Origin: a bacterium
Lineage (GTDB): Bacteria > UBA8248
Assembly (NCBI GenBank): GCA_965261085.1
Contig: OZ253442.1
Coordinates: forward strand, 3,072,001 to 3,136,000
Reading direction: 5' to 3'
Length of the DNA stretch: 64,000 nucleotides
Shown: one piece after another, positions 28,125 through 38,806 of the stretch
Layout of the letters: the number at the start of each line of letters is the position of its first letter
How positions within the stretch are numbered: position 1 is the stretch's first letter
Made by a program: the position numbers and the translations under genes
The notes under the pieces: model-generated
The model's database searches: none
What the model was told of the DNA's origin: nothing
What the model saw: only the letters and a program-made list of their open reading frames with translations

Positions 28125-30737
28125 CTACCCTTTCACAATAAGGTTCACTAGACGACCGGGCACGACGATGTGTTTCACAATCTGTTTGTCGCCTATGTAG
28201 CCGGCCGTGACGGCTTCCGCTTTTTCTTTGAGTTCATCCTCCGGCGCATCCGGCAGCGCCATAAACGTACGCCTCGTCTTTCCATTCACCTGTACGGCGA
28301 ATTCTTTCTCCTCGGCGGCGATAGCCGCCTCGTCCACCTCCGGCCACGCCTCCCGAAAGAGACTCACCTCTCCCGCGCCCCCGCCGAGAGCCTGCCAGAG
28401 TTCCTCCGCCACATGGGGCGCCATGGGCGCCATACAGCAAAGCAGAATCTCGGCCGCCTCGCGCTGCGCCGCATTCTCGGCCCCAGCCTCCGCGCGAAGA
28501 GACGTGGCCAGTTCCATGACGCGAGCCACCGCCGTGTTGAAAGAAAAGGAATTTTCATAAACTTCCGTCACCGCCTTCAAGGTGGCATGGGCATCGCGTC
28601 TTAATTTTCTTCCTGATGCGGACAACCCACTCCCGTCTCCAGAATAGGATTCCGATTCGCGCCAATCATCGAGCCGCTCCGCAAACGTGACCCAAAGCCT
28701 TTGCAAAAATCGGTGCACGCCGATCAGGCCGTCATCGCGCCATTCCTTGGAGCGCTCGGGAGGACCGATGAACAACGTATACAGCCGTCCCGCATCCGCC
28801 CCGTATTTTCCCGTGCATTCTTCAATCGAGACCCCGTTCATCTTCGATTTGCTCATTGAGGCCATCTCGGCGAACACCTTTTGACCGGCCTCATAGCCGC
28901 TGCCGCTGGGTCCATCCGCCGTAACGACCAGAGATTCTTCATTCACGTCCTGATAAGGCACCCAGACGCGACCGCGCGCCTCGGCTACGTGATAGGCCAT
29001 CCGGCACACCATCCCCTGGGTGAAGAGGTTTTCAAACGGCTCCTCAAAAGAAACGAGCCCGAGATCGTAAAGCACCTTGGTGAAAAACCGCGAGTACAGC
29101 AGGTGCATGACGGCATGTTCGGCGCCCCCGATGTACTGTGTCACGGGCAGCCAGCGGTTCACGTTTTTCGACTGGAATACGGCGCCATCGTCTCGCGGAC
29201 TCACATACCGCATGTAATACCAGGACGAATCCACAAAAGTGTCCATCGTGTCAGTCTCACGGCGGGCGGGCCTGCCCGTTTTCGGGCTGATGACGTTCAC
29301 GAAATCTTCACTCTGACTCAGTGGATTCCCCCCCCGGCCCGTGAATTCGACATCGCGCGGGTGCATTACTGGTAGATGTTCGTCCGGCACCGGGGTGATG
29401 CTCCCGTCTTTTTCATAAATAACGGGAATCGGCACCCCCCAATAGCGCTGACGTGAGATGAGCCAATCTCTCAGCCGCCAGTTGATGGTCTTATCGCCAA
29501 GACCCTTTTCCGCGAAATAATCGATCATCTTGGGATACGCTTCGCGGTTCGGCTGCCCGTCAAAAGGACCGGAATTCTCCATTACACCATCTTCGATGTA
29601 TGCCTCCTCCATCGTGGCCCCATCGAGCCCACCTTCGGGATGCTGGATGACCACTTTGACGGGGATGCCGTATTTTCTCGCGAAAAGAAAATCACGCTGA
29701 TCGTGCGCGGGCACGCCCATGACGATGCCTGTGCCGTATTCCATCAGCGCGTAATCGGCCACCAGCAGGGGTACGCGCTCTCCATTGACGGGGTTGATGA
29801 TGAAATGCCCCGTGTCGACGCCCGTCTTCTCACTCTCCTCACTCATACGCTCCGCGGCGCTTTGGGCCTGCATGGCGTCTACGGCCTCGCGGATGGAATC
29901 CGCCCGGGAATTCCCCTCGATCAATTGATCGATAAGGGGATGCTCTGGCGCACAGACCATGAAGGTGACGCCATAGACGGTATCCGGCCTGGTGGTGAAT
30001 ACAGAGAGCGTCTCGCCGGTCGTTTCGAGTTTGAAGTCGATTCGCGCCCCCTCGCTGCGTCCCAGCCAGTTTCTTTGTTGTTGCTTGACGTGTTCGGGCC
30101 AACCAGTGAGACCATCCAAATCGTCGAGCAGGCGCTGTGCATAATCGGTAATTTTCAAGAACCACTGGCTGAGCCAGCGTTTTTCCACCTTGGCGCCGCT
30201 GCGCCAGGCAATACCATCGTGAATCTGCTCGTTCGCAAGAACGGTGTTGTCCACCGGGTCCCAATTGACGAGGGCCTCGCGCTTGTAGGCCAAACCGGCT
30301 TCGAGCATTTTGAGGAAAATCCACTGCGTCCATTTGTAATAACCTGGATGCGCTGTGGAAATCTCGCGCGGCCAGTCATACGCGAGACCCGCCATACGGA
30401 GTTGACGCCTCATGTTGTCGATATTTTTTTTCGTCCAGGCGGCGGGATGGACACCCGCATTGATGGCGGCATTCTCCGCAGGCAGGCCCAGGGCATCCCA
30501 GCCCATCGGGTGTAAGACCTCGAAACCACGCATCTTTCGGTAGCGACTGATGGAGTCGCCCATCGTGTAGTTGCAGGCGTGGCCCATGTGCAGATCGCCA
30601 GATGGGTAGGGGAACATCATCAAGGAATAGTAGGTTGGCTTACCGCCGGGATGATCGGAGGTCTCGAATATCTTCTCCTCCGCCCAAAGATTCTGCCATT
30701 TTTCCTCATAATACGATGGACTATATTCGCCGAGCAT
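28125..30737 (-). CDS. leuS: Leucine--tRNA ligase
   Basis: MFPYPSGDLHMGH, FTTRPDT, VPAHDQRD, DWLISRQRYWG, SMSKS, VPGRLVN. Confidence 0.97.
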   Translation of the reverse strand: MLGEYSPSYYEEKWQNLWAEEKIFETSDHPGGKPTYYSLMMFPYPSGDLHMGHACNYTMGDSISRYRKMRGFEVLHPMGWDALGLPAENAAINAGVHPAAWTKKNIDNMRRQLRMAGLAYDWPREISTAHPGYYKWTQWIFLKMLEAGLAYKREALVNWDPVDNTVLANEQIHDGIAWRSGAKVEKRWLSQWFLKITDYAQRLLDDLDGLTGWPEHVKQQQRNWLGRSEGARIDFKLETTGETLSVFTTRPDTVYGVTFMVCAPEHPLIDQLIEGNSRADSIREAVDAMQAQSAAERMSEESEKTGVDTGHFIINPVNGERVPLLVADYALMEYGTGIVMGVPAHDQRDFLFARKYGIPVKVVIQHPEGGLDGATMEEAYIEDGVMENSGPFDGQPNREAYPKMIDYFAEKGLGDKTINWRLRDWLISRQRYWGVPIPVIYEKDGSITPVPDEHLPVMHPRDVEFTGRGGNPLSQSEDFVNVISPKTGRPARRETDTMDTFVDSSWYYMRYVSPRDDGAVFQSKNVNRWLPVTQYIGGAEHAVMHLLYSRFFTKVLYDLGLVSFEEPFENLFTQGMVCRMAYHVAEARGRVWVPYQDVNEESLVVTADGPSGSGYEAGQKVFAEMASMSKSKMNGVSIEECTGKYGADAGRLYTLFIGPPERSKEWRDDGLIGVHRFLQRLWVTFAERLDDWRESESYSGDGSGLSASGRKLRRDAHATLKAVTEVYENSFSFNTAVARVMELATSLRAEAGAENAAQREAAEILLCCMAPMAPHVAEELWQALGGGAGEVSLFREAWPEVDEAAIAAEEKEFAVQVNGKTRRTFMALPDAPEDELKEKAEAVTAGYIGDKQIVKHIVVPGRLVNLIVKG

Positions 30738-30814
30738 GAATTTCCTCAATTTTTCGATATTCGTCTCTAAAATCTCCAGGCACGCGCTCCGCCTGCCTCA
30801 AATATTTCCTTTTC

Positions 30815-31246
30815 TCACAGGTGTGGCCCCTCCCCGATGGGCGCGGCCTCCTCTTTTAGCTTCTCGATAATTTCAGGCGGAATGCGTCCAGGTCTTCCGT
30901 GCGCATCGGTTCTTGCATGAAGCGTATAGCCTCTCACTAAAATACGCCTTTCCTGCTCCACCAAATAATCAATCCGGACGCGGACGCCCTCGGGCTCTCT
31001 GAACCAGCCGGTGACTTTCACCTCACCATCATACTTAGCACCTTCCTTATACCGGCAATGGCTCTCAACGACGGGAAAAAAAATCCCGCGATCTTCCAGT
31101 TCCCCGTATGGAAATCCGATTTTGCGAAAATACTCGGTTCTAAGCTGCTCGAACCATACATAATAGACCGAGTGGTGCACCACGCCCATCTGGTCGGTTT
31201 CGACATACCTTACACGAAAATCGATGGACAGAGCCAAGCCGGACAA
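30815..31246 (-). CDS. Acyl-CoA thioesterase (YbgC/4HBT family)
   Basis: RVRYVETDQMGVVHHSVY. Confidence 0.9.
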   Translation of the reverse strand: MSGLALSIDFRVRYVETDQMGVVHHSVYYVWFEQLRTEYFRKIGFPYGELEDRGIFFPVVESHCRYKEGAKYDGEVKVTGWFREPEGVRVRIDYLVEQERRILVRGYTLHARTDAHGRPGRIPPEIIEKLKEEAAPIGEGPHL

Positions 31247-31258
31247 ACCTATGGTTGG

Positions 31259-32626
31259 TTATGAAAAAAGAAACAAACGGGCGATGTTGAAGTAGATCCA
31301 AAGCCCCAGGACATCGACTCCAGTCGTGACGAAAGGCCCCGTCGCCACGGCTGGGTCCACCCGGAAACGGTGAAGTACGAGCGGCAAAAACGATGCCAGA
31401 AGAGCAGAGAACATCATCACTACACAAATCGCGAGCCCCACGACGAAACCCAGCCAGGCGACGGAAGAGAATTGATACGTCGCCAACAATCCCAACAACA
31501 GGCCATAGCAAATGCCCAGAAGCGTCCCGACGGCCACCTCTTTCGAGATGACGCGAACCCATGATTTCGGATCGATGCGCCCGGTCGCCAAGCCACGCAC
31601 GACGATGGTCGCGCTTTGTGTGCCCACGTTGCCCGCCATGCCGATGATCACCGGCATGAAGGCGGCGAGAGCCACAATTTTGCTCAATTGGTCTGAATAT
31701 TGATGAATCAGTTGAGCGGCGAGAATACCGCCCAGCCAACTGAAAAACAGCCAGGGGAAACGAATCCATGCAAGACGCCTAGCGGAAAGCGATGTCACCT
31801 CATCCTGATAGGAATGCGTTCCCGCCATCTTCAAGATGTCCTCGGTCGCTTCTTCTCTGATTACGTCGAGCACGTCATCCACCGTGATGATCCCGACCAG
31901 AACATTGTCGTCATCCACGACTGGGATGGCCAGAATGTTGTATCGCGAGACAACACGTGCGATGTGCTCCTGGTCGGCATGCACGCTTTCGCTCCAGACA
32001 TTGGTGATCATGATTTCAGACAAGGTCTTGGATGGGTCCGCCAGCAAGAGTTGTCGCAAAGTAATCACGCCTCTCAGGCAACCATTCGAATCGATGACAT
32101 ACACATAGAAAATGTAGTCCACCTCGCTGGCTTTCCGCACCCGCGAGATCGCCTCATCCACCGTGATGTCCTCGTGAAGGGCCACGTAAGAATCCGTCAT
32201 GATGGCGCCTGCGGTTTCCGGCAAATAAGCCATCATGTCCTGAATGGCTTCCGTTTCCGGCGCATCGAGGAGCGCGACGATTTCCTGGGAACGCTCCTCG
32301 GGCAGGGTTTCCAGAATATATCTCGCGTCGTCGCTGTCTAATTCCTTGATGAGTGGGACCACATCTTCATTCGACACCGGCTCCAGGAGTTCTCGAACGA
32401 TATGAGAATCCGATTCCGTGAGAATCGAGGCGCGATGCTCCTGGTTTCGAACGAGGGAAAACGCCTCTTGGCGTTCTTCGGGAAGGAAATGCTGAAAAAT
32501 CTGCGCCACTTCGGCCGCGTGCATTTTTTCCAGCGCATTGGAGAGATTGGCATCGGCCTTATGTCTCAAAAGCCGGCGCACCATGTCTTCTACGCGAAGA
32601 AGTCTCGGATCACGCTCGTTCACCAT
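31259..32626 (-). CDS. mgtE: Magnesium transporter
   Basis: N-domain, CBS pair, GIITVDD, GNVGTQS, DPAVATGPFVTT..D. Confidence 0.95.
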   Translation of the reverse strand: MVNERDPRLLRVEDMVRRLLRHKADANLSNALEKMHAAEVAQIFQHFLPEERQEAFSLVRNQEHRASILTESDSHIVRELLEPVSNEDVVPLIKELDSDDARYILETLPEERSQEIVALLDAPETEAIQDMMAYLPETAGAIMTDSYVALHEDITVDEAISRVRKASEVDYIFYVYVIDSNGCLRGVITLRQLLLADPSKTLSEIMITNVWSESVHADQEHIARVVSRYNILAIPVVDDDNVLVGIITVDDVLDVIREEATEDILKMAGTHSYQDEVTSLSARRLAWIRFPWLFFSWLGGILAAQLIHQYSDQLSKIVALAAFMPVIIGMAGNVGTQSATIVVRGLATGRIDPKSWVRVISKEVAVGTLLGICYGLLLGLLATYQFSSVAWLGFVVGLAICVVMMFSALLASFLPLVLHRFRVDPAVATGPFVTTGVDVLGLWIYFNIARLFLFS

Positions 32627-32825
32627 GGTTGGCGCCCCAGGAAATCACGCAAACACAGCGTCCAAAAGGGCGTAGAGTCTATTGGACACCATAGGGAGTG
32701 TCAATCATCTTGTGTTACGGGCGAACATAGCATATCTTGGGGTGGGATTGTTGGTTGCGTCGCCGGGTATGTTCACTCGCGCGGCCATCATGATATCGCC
32801 CAACTACTCTGGGGAGTGCCTCACT

Positions 32826-34541
32826 ATCGCTAGACTTCATGGTCGCCTCACCGGGCTGAAGCCCAAGCAAATGAAGGTTTTGGAAAGGGTTTACCGCCGG
32901 AAGGTGCCCCCCGATCAATTCATTCATTTAGAGCTCGGTCGTGAATTGGCGCTTCTGTCTCATAAAATCTCGCGTCAGATCGGACTGCTCATTGATCGCC
33001 TAGGCGTAGTGCGCTACGTGATTATCGGCGATGCAAAGGGAATCGAAATACCGGAGCTCGGCCGCGCACGCGCCGGAATGGCAAGACTCAGAGGCCTTCG
33101 GTGCGTTCATACACACTTAAACGCCTCCCCGCTGTCCCAGGAAGATCTAACGGATATGGCCCTCCTCCGTCTCGACGCAATGGGGGTTATCGAGGTGCTG
33201 GAAGACGGGAATACGGGCCGCTTCCACATGGCGCACATCACTCCTCGGCCTCCCGATGAAAACCACCACGATAACGGCAACGGCGCATTCGTGGAGAATC
33301 GCGCTCCCTGGGAAATTCAGTCATTCCCCAATCTCGAATCGAACCGGATTAACATCGAAGCTCTCATCAACTCCTTAGAAAGTGAATTCTCCCGCCTCCA
33401 AAAATCATCCATCCAACTCGAAGAGGGAGAGCGCGCCTTGCTGGTGCATCTCGACACGGGGCAGAATACGAACCGCTCAGCCGAAATCGAGTTTGAAGAA
33501 CTGGCTCTTCTCACACGCGAGGCCGGTTTCATACCTTGTGGGAACATTCTACAGCGCCGAAAAAAACCGGACCCTCGTTTCGTCATCGGCAAAGGCCGGC
33601 TGGCCGATGTCCTGATGAACTCGATGCAGGTGGGAGCCGAGGCGTTGTTCTTCTCCAAGGAGTTGACGCCCTCACAAATTAAAAATTTAGCTGATTTCAC
33701 CGATCTGAAAATTCTCGACCGGACACAGATCATCCTCGATATCTTTGCCCAAAGTGCCAAGAGCCGCGTGGGAAAACTTCAGGTGGAACTGGCTTTATTG
33801 CGATATACCCTGCCCCGCATCTCCTCCCAACACACGGCCCTGAGCAGACTCACCGGCGGCATCGGCGGCAGGGGACCGGGTGAAACAAAACTGGAAATTC
33901 ACCGCCGCCGCGCATTCGAGCGCATTCGCAGGGTGGAGAAAGAACTCGAAAATCTACAAAAAAAACGCTCTCAGGGCAGGCAACTCCGCCAGCGTCGTGA
34001 AGTACCGGTTCTCTCTCTGGTGGGCTATACCAATGCGGGGAAATCGACACTGCTGAACGCCTTAACGAATAGCGAGGTAATCGCCGAGAATCGACTCTTC
34101 GCCACCTTGGACACATCAAGCCGAAGGCTCAGGCTCCCTCGCGAGCAAGAAGTGATTATCACGGACACCGTCGGTTTTATTCACGACCTCCCCCAGGAAT
34201 TGATAGGAGCTTTCCGCTCCACATTGGAGGAACTGAGTGAAGCGGACCTCCTCCTTCATGTGATTGACGCCTCATCCCCACATTGTGAGGACAACCTCAC
34301 GTCGGTAGAGAAAATCCTGGCAGATATTGGGCTGAAAGACACGCCTCTCATTCGGGTTTTTAATAAAATGGACCAGACGGATGATATCCGCCTGGCCAAT
34401 CTGTGTCGTCGATTCAACGGCATCGCCGTGAGCGGCATAGACCCCGAGAGCCTTCTTCCCCTGGTGGAGGAAGCCGCGCACCGCCTATCGAGCATGGACA
34501 AGCATGATGATATGGAAAAATACGAACAAATCGCAAACTAA
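32826..34541 (+). CDS. hflX: GTPase HflX with N-terminal extension
   Basis: LRCVHTH, DRTQIILDIFA, GGRGPGE, GYTNAGKST, LFATLD, DTVGF, NKMD; start uncertain (ATC 32826 vs ATG 32790/32871). Confidence 0.92.
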   Translation: MARLHGRLTGLKPKQMKVLERVYRRKVPPDQFIHLELGRELALLSHKISRQIGLLIDRLGVVRYVIIGDAKGIEIPELGRARAGMARLRGLRCVHTHLNASPLSQEDLTDMALLRLDAMGVIEVLEDGNTGRFHMAHITPRPPDENHHDNGNGAFVENRAPWEIQSFPNLESNRINIEALINSLESEFSRLQKSSIQLEEGERALLVHLDTGQNTNRSAEIEFEELALLTREAGFIPCGNILQRRKKPDPRFVIGKGRLADVLMNSMQVGAEALFFSKELTPSQIKNLADFTDLKILDRTQIILDIFAQSAKSRVGKLQVELALLRYTLPRISSQHTALSRLTGGIGGRGPGETKLEIHRRRAFERIRRVEKELENLQKKRSQGRQLRQRREVPVLSLVGYTNAGKSTLLNALTNSEVIAENRLFATLDTSSRRLRLPREQEVIITDTVGFIHDLPQELIGAFRSTLEELSEADLLLHVIDASSPHCEDNLTSVEKILADIGLKDTPLIRVFNKMDQTDDIRLANLCRRFNGIAVSGIDPESLLPLVEEAAHRLSSMDKHDDMEKYEQIAN

Positions 34542-35211
34542 TCTTAAAACTGAAAGAAAATTTCTCTTTTTGTCTATTTTGCTGATGGGCTTTCTGGCTG
34601 GAGGTTGTGCTGGAACCGGTCTTTCGTCGAAAGATATCTGGGAAAAGACGAAATCTACCGCTCACTCCGCATACATCAAGACCCAGCGAGCCGTTACGAA
34701 CACCCTGATCTCCATAGGGAAATATCAGCGAGAAAACGCAAACAAACAACAAGCTAGCAGCGAAACAAAAAATACGAATGACAAAAACGCAAAAAACAAA
34801 ACAAAAACCACTCCCCGGCCCTCTGAAACACCCCGTTTTCAGGATCGGTTTCCATCCAGAACTCCGTCTGTGATGGAAGAAAACCTGAGTCACGAAAAAA
34901 CTCGGTAGACCACCAAGGGAATCACACAGGGAATCACACAGGGCGAAAACTCAAGAGAAATGTTTTTGGCGCCACGCTCGCCCATGGCACCGGAAGAATT
35001 TCGACAACGCATCCGAGAGATCGAACTAGAACGAATTCGCCCAAAAAACCCTGAGAAGAAACGCAGGCTGGCTCATGAGCGGAGGAAATGAGAGCGAATG
35101 TTAAGCAAAGCAAAACAAGAAGAAGCCATTATCCAGGAAATGAATCAACTACGTTGCCGGTTGAGAGAATTACAAAAAGATTTCCTTAAAACCCAAAAAA
35201 CCAACAGTTAG
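34504..35211 (+). pseudogene. Lipoprotein-like gene with coiled-coil C-terminus, interrupted by in-frame TAG (34906) and TGA (35089)
   Basis: Signal peptide/lipobox (LAGGC); the same frame continues past both stops with helical, charged sequence to TAG 35209-35211. Confidence 0.55.
34916..34943 (+). repeat. 12-bp tandem repeat AGGGAATCACAC x2 plus partial
   Basis: Direct inspection; encodes GITQ GITQ in frame. Confidence 0.85.
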
Positions 35212-37943
35212 GGAGTTAGCCTGTTTTTAGAATTACCCGATACCGTCACCAGGCATTCTTTACTCGGCTTCATGAAATGACGCGCGGCTTCTCTGACGGA
35301 ATTCATATCCACCCGTTCAATTTGCCGTTTTGTTTCTTCAAGCGTTTCCCAACCCAAGCCATGGACAAATCTGCCCGCCAGGTCGGCCGCTCTCGCATAG
35401 GCCCGCTGGTGACTGCGAGACAACCCTCCAATGAGATAAGACTTGGCCCGGTGGAATTCCTCATCACTGAGCCCTTGGAGGCTAACACGGGCAATTTCTT
35501 GCCGCATGAGGTCAATAGCGAGTTTTTCCTTACCCGCAGGGGTGGCCGCATAAATAGAGATGGGGCCCGGGTCTTGAGATTCATGAGAGGAAACGCTCAC
35601 ATCGTAGGCAAGGCCGCGCTTTTCTCTTAGTTCCAGGAATAGTCCTCCGCCCTGACTTCCCAGGGCTGCCGTGATGACGGCAAGCGCATGCCTTGCGGGA
35701 TCGTGAAAAGTCGTTCCCAAAAAAGACATATGGACATGGCTTTGCGACACTTCATCAAGCACATATGAGCGAAAACGCCTCCTCGAAAGACTTCTGGGCG
35801 GAGCGGGCTGAAGGACAGGCGTTTCCCGCGGAGCGCCTGCGGCCCAAGGCGTCAGCATTTCGGGGAGATACTTTTTCAAATACGAGACGTCGAAATTGCC
35901 GGCTACTGCCAGGACTAAATTCGCAGGCGATGTCCTTCTTCGCCATTCTCGCCTCAAAATCCTTTGGTTGAATGCGGCTATCGTCTTGGGAGTTCCAAGA
36001 GGATGGCGGCCCAATGGATGTTTTCCATATAAAAGCTGATACCCCTTGAGTCGGCAGCATTGCCCCAGATCATCGAGTTCGCTGTCGCGCTCCGCATTCA
36101 GCTCCGCCCGGGCGAATTCAACATCATCCTCATCAAAAGCGGGCGCAGACATGACCTCCACGAATTTTTCCATCACTTCGGGCAAAACTGCGCTGAGGCC
36201 AGAAGCAGTCAGCCCGAATGTAATTCTCCCGGCAAATCCATCGATACTGGCGCCCAAACCCTCCACCTCTTTCGTATGGACGAACGATGAACAATTCTGG
36301 GTCGCTATGGGAGCTACCGACATCATCAGGGCATGCAGCCCGCCCTGTCGGGCGGATTCATTTCTTTGCCCTCCGAGGAATACGGCCCGTAAAGAGAAAA
36401 CAAGCGGGCCGCCGTCGGGCAGCATGATCAAATACCCGCCACCGGGAAGTTTCGTCTCTATGGGTTTGTTCTTGGCTTTGGAGCGCGTTGTATTTTTGAC
36501 ATAGCTCCTTTTTTGTGAATCGACGCGAGTACAACCCAATGCAGCCGATATTTTCGCTACACCCCGGTTTCGATTCGCGTCGTTTCGTTGTTCCTCAAGA
36601 TTATTTTCGAATCCGTTCCATATCGCTTTTCGGATTCTTCGCACACCGACTCCTGGTGCTTCCCCCTTGGGCAAAAATACGCCAGCGGTCAATCGTGAAG
36701 GCGTTAAATATCGCCTCGCCACATCCGAGACATCATTCGCATTAACATCCATCACCATTTTCATGTACTTCAAATAATAATTCGCGTCCCCGGTAAGCAA
36801 CTCCGAATAACCCGCCACACGGGCGCGACCCGTCATGCTTTCGCGCCTGAATTCCAAACCCGTCAAATAATTCATACGTACCTTATCCAACTCACTTGGG
36901 CTTGCCGGCTTTTCCTCGATGATTTGTTTCGCTACCTGGAGGATATGTCCGGCGGCCTTCTCGACGTTTTCCGGTGCCGTATACCCGCCCAGGAAAAACA
37001 GTCCCGGCCCTCCAGACAAACAGGTGTCTGCAGAAACATCAAACATCAAGGAGGTGTCCATACAAAGATGTTCATATAGGCGGGAGCTTTCGCCCGCTCC
37101 GAGAACGATGCCGAGCACCTCTAGCGCGGGAGCATCCCGGTGGGTCAAAGGAGGAATTTCGAAGGCAAGATCGAGGTGCGCCGTTCCCGTGCGGCCACGC
37201 CGCACAACGATGCGCGGCCCTGCTTTCAGGGGGGCCGGCCCGGGAACTTTCGGCATTTTTCTGCGCCCGGGTTTCGGCCACTTGGTAAGCAATTTTTTTT
37301 GCCTTTTCTTCAAAATAGATTTGATTCTGGCAACATCGAAGGCACCGGCAAACACCAGGACGGCCGATGAGGGCAAATAGAGTTTCTCGTGATATTTTCT
37401 CAATTCTCCCGCATTTATATTCTTCAGCGTTCGCCGCGTGCCCAAAATAGCGCGGCCATAAGGGTGCCGATAGCCGTACGCCTCACGATAGAGATGATAT
37501 TGAAGCAACTGGTCCGGTTGTTCATAAGTGCGATTCAACTCGGAGAGGATGACCTGTCTTTCCTGGCGAACTTCGCTCTCCTCAAATCGTGGCCACCAAA
37601 GCGCATCGAGGAGCGCTTCCAGACACCCCTCGAATTTATCCGGCATCGATATCAGGTCATAATGGGTCGATTCGCTCGTCGTGTAGGCGTTAATGTCTCC
37701 ACCAGAAGACTCGGCCAGCGAAGCGAGTTCCCCTACTTCCAAATTTTGGGAACCCTTGAATATCATGTGCTCTAAAAAATGGGAGATGCCCTCGAGCGGG
37801 TCTGTTTCCGTGAGGCTGCCAACGCGAAACCATGCCTGCACGCTCACGGCGGGAGCTGTGGAATCCGGCAGGAAAAGACAGGCTGGGCCTCCCTTTACCC
37901 GGGAGACGAGAGGTTTTATATCTTTTGTGAACTCTTCGTCCAT
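35208..37943 (-). CDS. M16 family zinc peptidase (pitrilysin-like, two halves fused)
   Basis: HFLEHMIFKG (HxxEH), NAYT, HPYGR, LREKRGLAY. Confidence 0.9.
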   Translation of the reverse strand: MDEEFTKDIKPLVSRVKGGPACLFLPDSTAPAVSVQAWFRVGSLTETDPLEGISHFLEHMIFKGSQNLEVGELASLAESSGGDINAYTTSESTHYDLISMPDKFEGCLEALLDALWWPRFEESEVRQERQVILSELNRTYEQPDQLLQYHLYREAYGYRHPYGRAILGTRRTLKNINAGELRKYHEKLYLPSSAVLVFAGAFDVARIKSILKKRQKKLLTKWPKPGRRKMPKVPGPAPLKAGPRIVVRRGRTGTAHLDLAFEIPPLTHRDAPALEVLGIVLGAGESSRLYEHLCMDTSLMFDVSADTCLSGGPGLFFLGGYTAPENVEKAAGHILQVAKQIIEEKPASPSELDKVRMNYLTGLEFRRESMTGRARVAGYSELLTGDANYYLKYMKMVMDVNANDVSDVARRYLTPSRLTAGVFLPKGEAPGVGVRRIRKAIWNGFENNLEEQRNDANRNRGVAKISAALGCTRVDSQKRSYVKNTTRSKAKNKPIETKLPGGGYLIMLPDGGPLVFSLRAVFLGGQRNESARQGGLHALMMSVAPIATQNCSSFVHTKEVEGLGASIDGFAGRITFGLTASGLSAVLPEVMEKFVEVMSAPAFDEDDVEFARAELNAERDSELDDLGQCCRLKGYQLLYGKHPLGRHPLGTPKTIAAFNQRILRREWRRRTSPANLVLAVAGNFDVSYLKKYLPEMLTPWAAGAPRETPVLQPAPPRSLSRRRFRSYVLDEVSQSHVHMSFLGTTFHDPARHALAVITAALGSQGGGLFLELREKRGLAYDVSVSSHESQDPGPISIYAATPAGKEKLAIDLMRQEIARVSLQGLSDEEFHRAKSYLIGGLSRSHQRAYARAADLAGRFVHGLGWETLEETKRQIERVDMNSVREAARHFMKPSKECLVTVSGNSKNRLTP

Positions 37944-38168
37944 ATCGCCTTGAAATTTCTTGAACCAGCATGAAATAGGCCTATTTTCGCCCATGTAACT
38001 GATTCGACTTCACCTGAATCCAGAATTGGCGAATCTCTTGACTTCTAGCGAACGGAGCGTATCATCTCCCTCTGGTAAAGTCATTCAGAAATGATGCCGA
38101 GAGATTTTGAAGCCTCACGCGAAAAAATTCCATAAGAGACTATCGCCAATTTGAAAAGAGGATAACTC

Positions 38169-38510
38169 GTGGAACATATCAAAAGGCATGTTTTCGTCTG
38201 CATCAACCAACGCCCGCCGACTCATCCGATGGGCTGTTGTCAGAGCAAGGGCAGCATCGAAGTCGCACAAGCGATCACAGAGGCCATTGGCTCGAATGAC
38301 GACCTCGCTGCGGATACGGCCATGGCGGGCGCGACTTGCCTGGGTCCGTGCACGATGGGCCCCACCCTGGTCGTCTACCCGGAGGGCGTCTGGTACACGG
38401 GCGTGAAGGTAGAGGACGTTCCTGAACTGATAGAGGAACACCTGAGAAACGGCCGCCCAGTCGAGAGACTGCGTCTGAGGCTGCCCGGAAACGTCGAAAG
38501 CGACGACTAG
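38169..38510 (+). CDS. Thioredoxin-like [2Fe-2S] ferredoxin
   Basis: HVFVC...CC...CLGPC..GP.LVVYPEGVWY. Confidence 0.92.
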   Translation: MEHIKRHVFVCINQRPPTHPMGCCQSKGSIEVAQAITEAIGSNDDLAADTAMAGATCLGPCTMGPTLVVYPEGVWYTGVKVEDVPELIEEHLRNGRPVERLRLRLPGNVESDD

Positions 38511-38531
38511 AATGAAAATGGAGACTGCTCG

Positions 38532-38804
38532 ATGAGCCGTGGGCTGGTGATGCACTCGAAAGACAATGTGGCCACCGTGCTGGAGGACATCGCCTCCGGA
38601 CAAAGCGTGGAAATCGAAGGTGGTGAGAAAACGTTGATGATTTGCGCGACGGAAACGATTCCTTTCGGCCACAAGATCGCAATGGGCAAGATTCGCTCGA
38701 ACGCGAAAGTGCTCAAATACGGCGAGGTCATCGGCACCGCTACACAAAACATATCCGCCGGTAGCCACGTTCACGTCCACAACATCAAGAGCACCAGAGG
38801 TTAA
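38532..38804 (+). CDS. UxaA/SuyA-type SAF domain small subunit
   Basis: DNVAT, IPFGHKIA, KYGEVIG, HVHVHN. Confidence 0.9.
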   Translation: MSRGLVMHSKDNVATVLEDIASGQSVEIEGGEKTLMICATETIPFGHKIAMGKIRSNAKVLKYGEVIGTATQNISAGSHVHVHNIKSTRG

Positions 38805-38806
38805 GT

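Noticed and set aside
28840-28865. LeuS KMSKS motif reads SMSKS
   Set aside because: The first position of this motif varies; the catalytic second Lys is intact.
34906-35091. Pyrrolysine or Sec readthrough of the TAG and TGA in the lipoprotein gene
   Set aside because: Two different stops in low-complexity or coiled-coil context, no catalytic motif and no hairpin; decay is simpler.
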